Below, in pieces: positions 25,611-32,000 of a DNA stretch of 32,000 nt. Source of the DNA: Candidatus Baldrarchaeum yapensis. Lineage in GTDB: Archaea > Asgardarchaeota > Baldrarchaeia > Baldrarchaeales > Baldrarchaeaceae. The position numbers were made by a program, and so were the translations under genes. The notes beneath the pieces are model-generated. The model searched no databases. It saw only the letters and a program-made list of their open reading frames with translations, and was not told the DNA's origin. Location: NCBI GenBank assembly GCA_016840465.1, contig JAEOSH010000001.1, forward strand, positions 30,001 to 62,000. The letters are read 5' to 3'. Numbering within the stretch: the first letter of the stretch is position 1; each line of letters begins with the position of its first letter.

Positions 25611-26285
25611 TTAGGAGGTTATCGGTTTCAATAACTTCTCTACAATTTCGTTCCAGAACTCCGTATGCTCCCCTTCCCATAGCACTTTTGTCCGCTTTAA
25701 TTCTATTGCTCCCTCAGCAGGGCACGCGAAGACACATGTACCGCAAAATATGCACTTATCCTTGTCCACATTCACCTTTGGAACCTTTTCCCAACCTTTT
25801 GATGGTTTAGGTATAGTAATTGCTTCTGTCGGACAAACATCGGCACATGTGGAGCATCCTCCGGGACATTTATCGATGTTTATCTTTATCTCACCCTCAA
25901 AGTATTTTTTCGCTTTAATTCCATATTTGGGGCACTCTACTTCTTCATACTTAAGTTCCGGTACTGCTTTCTGCTCTTTTAGTATTAATTTGTGCTCTCC
26001 GTTTATTTTGAGTTCTAGAGCACCAAATGGGCATAAAATGTCACATAGGCCGCATAGAGAACATTTTTGTTCGTTTATTATCACGGGCGGCAATTTTGTT
26101 AAACCTCTCTTAGATGCGCCCACTGGCCCGCGCTCGATTGCCTCCTTGGGACAAGCGGTTGCACATATCCCACAACCGACACATAGATTCTTATTTAGGG
26201 TCAATGTGACCCTAACGTTGAGAAGGCGAAGTTCTACGGTCATCCTGTCCTCTTCTATTTTGCGAGCAAGCATGGGGATCGTCAT
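25611..26285 (-). CDS. Polyferredoxin, short FwdF-like (four [4Fe-4S] motifs)
   Basis: CVGCGICATACP, CSLCGLCDILCP, CPGGCSTCADVCP, CIFCGTCVFACP; divergent from fwdGDB. Start ATG 26285 behind GGAGG. Confidence 0.8.
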   Translation of the reverse strand: MTIPMLARKIEEDRMTVELRLLNVRVTLTLNKNLCVGCGICATACPKEAIERGPVGASKRGLTKLPPVIINEQKCSLCGLCDILCPFGALELKINGEHKLILKEQKAVPELKYEEVECPKYGIKAKKYFEGEIKINIDKCPGGCSTCADVCPTEAITIPKPSKGWEKVPKVNVDKDKCIFCGTCVFACPAEGAIELKRTKVLWEGEHTEFWNEIVEKLLKPITS

Positions 26286-26510
26286 TTTGGCTTTCCTCCG
26301 CGTTAGCATTTAACTATTCGTGTGGCATAGAAGGTGAGCGGTGTCGAGATAGTCTAAAGTTTCATATATTTTAGGATATTGCCCGGAGAGACGAGTCCAC
26401 TGCCACCTTTTGGGTGCCGTGTTTACATATTTATTGCTCTTGCCCGCAGTGATGCCATAGCTAAATTATTAATATGAGGACTTTAAGTACCATAACGCGT
26501 GGTGCCGGAA

Positions 26511-26780
26511 ATGGCGGTGAAAATAGAGATCGATCATCGGAAATGTATGGGTTGTGGAAATTGTGTTGCAGTTTGCCCGGCCAATAGAAAAGCGGATCCT
26601 GCAGTTGCGTTGAGTGGTGCCGTATTTTCCGATAATGTCGTCTTAAGAGTTATAAACGGGGTTGCTTGTGTTATTAATGAAAGTTTATGTTTGGCGCGTG
26701 TCTATGATTGTTCCGCATGTATGGATGTATGTCCCTCAGGCGCTCTTAAATTAACAAAATACCCGCGAAGTAAAAAATAA
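26511..26780 (+). CDS. fwdG: FwdG-like 2x[4Fe-4S] ferredoxin subunit
   Basis: CMGCGNCVAVCP, VVLRVING, C...CSACMDVCP; directly upstream of fwdD. Confidence 0.75.
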   Translation: MAVKIEIDHRKCMGCGNCVAVCPANRKADPAVALSGAVFSDNVVLRVINGVACVINESLCLARVYDCSACMDVCPSGALKLTKYPRSKK

Positions 26781-26797
26781 GTCAGGGGAGACGTGCA

Positions 26798-27223
26798 ATG
26801 GCGAAGCGGGAGCTGAAGGTGATAATAATAACCGGTAGGTCAATAGAGCAAGGAATAGCGATAGAGGGCGGAAAGATGGAAATGGAATATCCTAGGGCAT
26901 GTGGAGTTTGTTACATGGATCCTTCTGACATGGAAAAACTGGATCTGATAGCAGGCGATCCTGTGCTTGTTAGAACAAAATTCGGCGAGGTTGTTTTGAC
27001 GGCTGTCAGATCGGAATATGCACCCCATGAGGGGATAGTGTTCATTCCCATGGGGCCATGGGCCAACAAAATCATAGACCCCAATACTAGTAGTATTGGA
27101 ATGCCATCCTTTAAGGGTGTAGAGGGTGTCGTCCAGAAGTTGGAAGATTTGGGAAAAAGGCCGCCGACAGCCACCGAAATAGTTGAGGAGGTTAAGAAGA
27201 CGGAGGGGTCCAAATATGCCTGA
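26798..27223 (+). CDS. fwdD: Formylmethanofuran dehydrogenase subunit D
   Basis: IITGRSIEQG, DPVLVRTKFGEVV, GIVFIPMGPWAN, SIGMPSFKG. Confidence 0.95.
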   Translation: MAKRELKVIIITGRSIEQGIAIEGGKMEMEYPRACGVCYMDPSDMEKLDLIAGDPVLVRTKFGEVVLTAVRSEYAPHEGIVFIPMGPWANKIIDPNTSSIGMPSFKGVEGVVQKLEDLGKRPPTATEIVEEVKKTEGSKYA

Positions 27224-28529
27224 GGTTGTTACGGATGTTGTTTGTCCCTTCTGTGGATGTTTATGTGATGATTTAGAAGTTGTCGTTGAAAATGGAAAGA
27301 TAGTGGAAGTGAGAAACGCCTGCTCACTTGGAACCGCAAAGTTTCTTTCTGCACAGAAGGAGGACAGAATAAGAAAACCTTACATAAGAAAAAACGGAAA
27401 ATTCGTAGAAGTTTCCTTAGAAGAGGCCATTAATAAAGCGGCAGAGATTCTGGTAAATGCCAATAGACCACTACTTTACGGATGGAGCTCCACCGAGTGT
27501 GAGGCGCACAGAGTTGGTATTATGCTGGCTGAGGAGTTAGGTGCCGTTATCGATAACACCGCGAGTGTATGCCACGGGCCATCGATAATAGCCGTACAAG
27601 AAATCGGTCTCAGCGGATGCACGCTGGGACAAGTGAAGAATCGTGCTGATCTGATAATTTATTGGGGCTCCAACCCATCAAGTGCACATCCTAGGCATCT
27701 TAGCAGATATACAATGTTTTGCCGTGGTTTCTTTAGAGATAAAGGGGCAAAGGAACGAACTCTGATAGTAGTTGATGTCAGAAGAACAGATACTGCAAAG
27801 CTTGCCGATTACTTCGTGCAGGTCAAGCCCGGGGGAGATTATGAATTAATACAGGCGCTAAGATATGCTATTAAGACGGGAGATCTGGATAAAAATGAAG
27901 TTTCTGGCGTTCCCAGAGACCTCATATTGAAAATTGCCGAGTTAATGAAAAGTTGTCACTTTGGTGCACTATTCTTCGGCTTAGGTCTTACAATGAGTAA
28001 GGGCAAACATAGAAACATAGATGCGGCTCTAAGTCTTGTTAGGGATCTGAACAGGTACACGAAATTCGTTCTGATGCCCATGCGCGGTCATTACAATGTA
28101 ACGGGCTTTAACACCGTGTCAACATGGATGACCGGCTACCCATTCTCGGTAGATTTCAGCCGTGGGTATCCACGATATAATCCTGGAGAATATTCGGCTG
28201 TTGACGTACTTTTAAGAGAGGAATGTGATGCCGCACTCATCGTTGCGTCAGATCCTGTGTCTCACTTCCCCAGAAAGGCCACAGAGCATCTTGCAAGAAT
28301 TCCTCTCATCGTTATAGATCCGCATTGGACACCTACCGCTATGCTCGCCGACGTAATACTACCGCCTGCGATTGCTGGCATAGAGGTTGATGGGACCGCT
28401 TATAGGATGGACCACGTACCATTGATGTTAAAGAAGGTCATAGATCCACCAGAAGGATGTCTGCCAGACAGAGAACTTGTTAAAATGATTTTAGATAGGG
28501 TTAGGGAATTAAAAGCGAGGAGTTCTTGA
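27216..28529 (+). CDS. fwdB: Formylmethanofuran dehydrogenase subunit B (Mo/W-pterin catalytic subunit, Cys ligand)
   Basis: CPFCGCLCDDL, ACSLG, DNTASVCHGPS, TLGQVKNRADL, HPRH, PMRGHYNV, TGYPF, GTAYRMD; ATG 27216 overlaps the fwdD stop. Confidence 0.96.
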   Translation: MPEVVTDVVCPFCGCLCDDLEVVVENGKIVEVRNACSLGTAKFLSAQKEDRIRKPYIRKNGKFVEVSLEEAINKAAEILVNANRPLLYGWSSTECEAHRVGIMLAEELGAVIDNTASVCHGPSIIAVQEIGLSGCTLGQVKNRADLIIYWGSNPSSAHPRHLSRYTMFCRGFFRDKGAKERTLIVVDVRRTDTAKLADYFVQVKPGGDYELIQALRYAIKTGDLDKNEVSGVPRDLILKIAELMKSCHFGALFFGLGLTMSKGKHRNIDAALSLVRDLNRYTKFVLMPMRGHYNVTGFNTVSTWMTGYPFSVDFSRGYPRYNPGEYSAVDVLLREECDAALIVASDPVSHFPRKATEHLARIPLIVIDPHWTPTAMLADVILPPAIAGIEVDGTAYRMDHVPLMLKKVIDPPEGCLPDRELVKMILDRVRELKARSS

Positions 28530-28530
28530 A

Positions 28531-30948
28531 TTAACCAGCAATTTTTCTCTTCTTTCGCTTTTTCAACCACTCTGATATTACTTTCTTCGTGCGCTCTATT
28601 TCCTCACGTGGTATCTTCTTTAGATATTCTACCATTTCACTAATTGCTTGGGCGAATTGTAAGCCTTCTGCAGCGCTGAACCAGGCCAGCCTCACTCTGT
28701 TTGTGTCCACTCCTAACTTTTCTAGTTGCTTTATGAGTCTCTCGTACCTCCGCTGAGCGTTTAGGTTTCCGGAAATATAGTGGCAATCCCCAGGGTGGCA
28801 ACCTGACCATAGAACCATACCTGCGCCCAATTCAAGAGCCCTGTATATGAATTCGGGCTTAACCCTTCCAGAGCACATAACACGTATTATTCTCACATTG
28901 GGCGGATACTGTATTCTACTGACACCCGCAAAATCTGCGCCTGCATAACTGCACCAATTGCAACAAAACGCAATGATCTTTTCTTCTGGATTTTCCTCTA
29001 GCGCTGCCTCTATTTGTGCCATTATTTGCTCATCCGTGAACTTGTTCTGATCAAGTGCGCCTGTGGGACATTCGCCCACACATGTACCACATCCCTTGCA
29101 TGCTGCCAGTGTTATTGTTGGCGGAGTTTTTCGAAGTTCCTCTATCGTTATTGCGTTGAACGGGCAAACCTTCTGGCACAATCCACATGATTTACACACT
29201 TCTGGATGTGCTAAGAAAGATGTTATCCCCTCTACTACCACCTGACCGCTAACAAGCAATCTTGCAGCTCTCGCAGCGGCCGCGCTTGCCTGCGTAACAC
29301 TGTCTTTGATATCCTTCGGCCCCTCCGCACCACCACATATGAATATTCCATCGGTCGCTGTATCTACCGGTCTGAGTTTCGGATGTGCCTCGAGGAAGAA
29401 GCCACTCTCTCCTGTCTGAAGGGGAGTTACTTTTAGTAATTCCTTAGATCCCTCAGATGGCACCGCACCTACCGATAGTATCACGAGATCTGCTTCTATT
29501 GTCATTAATCTACCAGATAGCGTGTCTTCGAATGTTATTAGCAGGTTCTTTGTCTTCTTGTCCTCTCTTATTTCGCTGGGGTGCGCACGTATGAACCGAA
29601 CACCAAACTCTCGCACCCTTCTATACAGTTCCTCAAATCCTTTCCCAAATGCTCTTATGTCCATGTATAACACTGTAATCTCGGTGTCCGGCCAGTGCTC
29701 CTTTATTAAGAAGGCGCTTTTCAGTGTTTCCATGCAACAATAGTATGAGCAGTAAATCCTTCCCGTTCTCTTATCTCTCGTTCCAACACATTGTATGAAA
29801 ACTACATGCTTTGGTCTCTTTCCATCGGAAGGTCTCACGAGTTCGCCACCAGTGGGTCCTGCTGCGTTAGTCAGTCTTTCGAACTCCATCGTTGTGATCA
29901 CGTTTTCGTAGATACCATATCCCCATTCCTTCAGTTCCTCTTTACTAACGGTATCAAATCCAGTTGCTACAATTATGACGCCGACCTTTAACTCCTTGAT
30001 TTCGGGTTGCATGTTGAAATCTATAGCCTTAGGCTCGCAAACTTTCTCACAGAGCCGACATTTGATACAGTGATCCATATCAATGAGGTAAGAGGGAGGA
30101 ATTGCCTGTGCGAATGGTATGTATATTGCTTTTCTTGGTGATAGCCCGACATCAAACTCGTTAGGAACTATTACCGGACAAACGTTTGCGCACTCTCCAC
30201 ATGCAGTACACTTATCTTCGATTACGTATCTGGGCTTTTTCAGTACCTTTACGGTAAAGTTACCGACGTACCCACTTATCTCCAGTATTTCCGAATATGC
30301 CAAAATTTCTACATTTGGATGGTGGTACACCTCAGCCATTTTTGGTGCAAGTATACATATTGAACAATCGAGCGTTGGAAACGTTTTATCAAGTTGGGCC
30401 ATACGTCCTCCTATTGAGGGTGCGCGCTCAACCAGATATACTTTAAACCCCATATCCGCAAGATCTAATGCCGCCTGAATTCCCGCAACTCCTCCTCCTA
30501 TTACCAACGCCTTATTCTCCACCGGAACCACTATATCCTCTAATGGCTTTAACAAACGTGCTTTTGCAACTGCCATCTTAACGAGGTCCTTTGCCTTTTT
30601 TGTCGCCTTTTCGGGTTCCCAGAGATGGACCCATGAACAGTGCTCTCGTATGTTTGCTATTTCTAGTAAGTATTTGTTAAGGCCTGCCTTCTCAACACAT
30701 CTTCTAAACGTTTCCTCGTGAAGGCGAGGGGTACAACATGCTATCACAACGCGATTCAAGTTATATTTCTTTATATCCTCTTGAATTTCTCTTTGTCCGA
30801 CCTCACTGCACGTATATAAGAGATGTTTCGAGACAACAACCCCAGGAAGCGTTGATGCAAATTTTGCAACTTCTTCACAGTCAATAATGCCTCCAATGTT
30901 TTTACCACAGTGACAAACATATACTCCTATTCGCACCTCATCGGACAT
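28531..30948 (-). CDS. hdrA: Heterodisulfide reductase subunit A fused to C-terminal MvhD
   Basis: RIGVYVCHCG, CCTPRLHE, GGGVAG, FPTLDCSICIL, four ferredoxin motifs, QCVGTRD..CSYYCCM; C-terminal FCCNWCSYAGAD, RVMCSGRV, GCHPGDCHY (MvhD). ATG 30948 has a GGAGG SD. Confidence 0.95.
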   Translation of the reverse strand: MSDEVRIGVYVCHCGKNIGGIIDCEEVAKFASTLPGVVVSKHLLYTCSEVGQREIQEDIKKYNLNRVVIACCTPRLHEETFRRCVEKAGLNKYLLEIANIREHCSWVHLWEPEKATKKAKDLVKMAVAKARLLKPLEDIVVPVENKALVIGGGVAGIQAALDLADMGFKVYLVERAPSIGGRMAQLDKTFPTLDCSICILAPKMAEVYHHPNVEILAYSEILEISGYVGNFTVKVLKKPRYVIEDKCTACGECANVCPVIVPNEFDVGLSPRKAIYIPFAQAIPPSYLIDMDHCIKCRLCEKVCEPKAIDFNMQPEIKELKVGVIIVATGFDTVSKEELKEWGYGIYENVITTMEFERLTNAAGPTGGELVRPSDGKRPKHVVFIQCVGTRDKRTGRIYCSYYCCMETLKSAFLIKEHWPDTEITVLYMDIRAFGKGFEELYRRVREFGVRFIRAHPSEIREDKKTKNLLITFEDTLSGRLMTIEADLVILSVGAVPSEGSKELLKVTPLQTGESGFFLEAHPKLRPVDTATDGIFICGGAEGPKDIKDSVTQASAAAARAARLLVSGQVVVEGITSFLAHPEVCKSCGLCQKVCPFNAITIEELRKTPPTITLAACKGCGTCVGECPTGALDQNKFTDEQIMAQIEAALEENPEEKIIAFCCNWCSYAGADFAGVSRIQYPPNVRIIRVMCSGRVKPEFIYRALELGAGMVLWSGCHPGDCHYISGNLNAQRRYERLIKQLEKLGVDTNRVRLAWFSAAEGLQFAQAISEMVEYLKKIPREEIERTKKVISEWLKKRKKRKIAG

Positions 30949-31258
30949 TATCCATTGCCTCCTTTCCGGATTATTGTAACTTGTAATTGTAAGATCAGCT
31001 TGCAGACTGCTCTGTTGTTGAGTAATACTGTTATTAAGCTTCACTTACTCGTACTGATGATCTACTAAATTAATACAGGTAAAAGTTTTGTTTGTAATTC
31101 GTGATCATCAGTATGATTCGAGGTTTATGCTGATTGGACGATTTGTTATTCTGCTCATGTTGCAATTTCCTTATCCACCCACAGCAGAAAGAGTAAGAAT
31201 CACTTACGTAAAAAATTTAACTCGGATCATGATTAAATCATGTACATGGATATGATAT

Positions 31259-31332
<74 letters not shown>

Positions 31333-31336
31333 TTCT

Positions 31337-31999
31337 TCATTTTAGCGTTTTAAACCATTCTTTGATTTCGATCGGGCGAAAGGCTTTTAACACCACACCT
31401 GGAAGTTCATTTCCTATTTCTGCTATGATACCGGGCGCTGTTGTTCCCCTTTTGCATACAATTGCATGTTCTAGTAATCCTAACCTTTCAATTCTTATTA
31501 TGTCTCTTAAGTGGCCTGTTCTTATGATGGCCTTTCGTACCGTCTGGCGGGGAGCGCCGCACACGATCACTCTCTCTAATCCACTTCTTACCCATCTTTT
31601 TATTGTCTTTAATTGATTTTCTGAAATTTCAGCTTCTATCTCCATGTTAACGTTATTTATGTCTACAATTTTTATTTCAACTGGCAAATTGTCTATTAGG
31701 GCGAACTTCTGTGAGATTTGTCTTAATGGAACCTTTGCAGAAGCAACAAGTTGCTTTCTAAGTTTATAAAGCGGAAGAAGTGCATCTTTTGGGACGGGTT
31801 TTACGACTCCTATGTCGACATAGATGCCGTAGCCGAACTCTTCCGAGTCTATTATTCGTCCTCTTAGAACATCTCCTTCGCTTATCTCATCAAACGACTT
31901 TATTGACTGATATTCCATTCTCAGATAATTTGCAGCAACTTCAGCGTCTTCCCCCTCTATAACTACTTTAACATAGTTTCTTTTATTATCTGCGATAGA
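31337..31999 (-). CDS. DUF2110-like conserved archaeal protein (OB/S1-like segment); 5'-truncated by window edge
   Basis: Frame stays open to the window end (..VVIEGEDAEVAANYLRMEY..); FGYGIYVDIG and DALLPLYKLRKQL motifs. Confidence 0.7.
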   Translation of the reverse strand, partial: SIADNKRNYVKVVIEGEDAEVAANYLRMEYQSIKSFDEISEGDVLRGRIIDSEEFGYGIYVDIGVVKPVPKDALLPLYKLRKQLVASAKVPLRQISQKFALIDNLPVEIKIVDINNVNMEIEAEISENQLKTIKRWVRSGLERVIVCGAPRQTVRKAIIRTGHLRDIIRIERLGLLEHAIVCKRGTTAPGIIAEIGNELPGVVLKAFRPIEIKEWFKTLK

Positions 32000-32000
32000 T

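Noticed and set aside
26398-26421. Possible hairpin or Mo/W-cofactor riboswitch in the fwdF/fwdG intergenic region
   Set aside because: Only about 9 pairs with a mismatch and a bulge; no recognisable riboswitch architecture.
27216-30948. Selenocysteine recoding in fwdB, hdrA or mvhD
   Set aside because: The ORFs have no in-frame TGA; the relevant positions are Cys (TASVCHG; FCCNWC).
30949-31044. 32-aa N-terminal extension of HdrA in the ORF track
   Set aside because: Low-complexity, non-homologous sequence; ATG 30948 has a GGAGG SD and begins the typical HdrA N-terminus.
31054-31133. C/D-box sRNA suggested by CTGATGA and a downstream CTGA
   Set aside because: The C box is imperfect, the spacing is too long, no convincing C'/D' boxes are present, and the motif is better explained as an arm of the inverted repeat.
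31228-31248. Palindromes CATGATT-A-AATCATG and CATGTACATG upstream of the tRNA
   Set aside because: Short and AT-rich, with no second instance or supporting context; may be chance.
31127-31255. 42-codon + strand ORF before tRNA-Val
   Set aside because: The SD-like GAGGT is only 2 nt from the ATG, there is no motif, and it overlaps the likely tRNA promoter.

Overview
Gene-dense archaeal window from a probably thermophilic anaerobe (Lys/Glu/Ile-rich proteins, GGAGG/GGTGA ribosome-binding sites, TATA-like boxes). A TACK/Asgard-type lineage is plausible, but the taxon cannot be fixed from this window. Most of it is one C1-metabolism (Wood-Ljungdahl) super-cluster: (i) a co-directional 8-gene tetrahydromethanopterin/pterin biosynthesis block at 5581-13728 (DUF447, RFA-P synthase, DUF1464 kinase-like, DmrX, DHPS-like, MptA and two tandem uncharacterised Pol-beta-type nucleotidyltransferases); (ii) cdhABCDE; (iii) ftr, F420-dependent mtd, fwdF-like/fwdG/fwdD/fwdB and an hdrA-mvhD fusion; plus cooT. 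The left end carries housekeeping genes (Mut7-C, AMMECR1, Rqc2/NEMF, an EMC6/OPTI-like membrane protein, GGGP synthase). The right end has tRNA-Val(CAC) and a truncated DUF2110 gene. No mobile element, CRISPR array or in-frame selenocysteine was seen. The most notable items are the orphan enzymes in the methanopterin operon (candidates for unassigned late steps), a CdhE with a tandem duplicated corrinoid-binding domain, an ACS with CGCC in place of CGCF, and an Fwd/HdrA-MvhD module lacking HdrBC. All family assignments come from motif recognition by eye; no database search was run.
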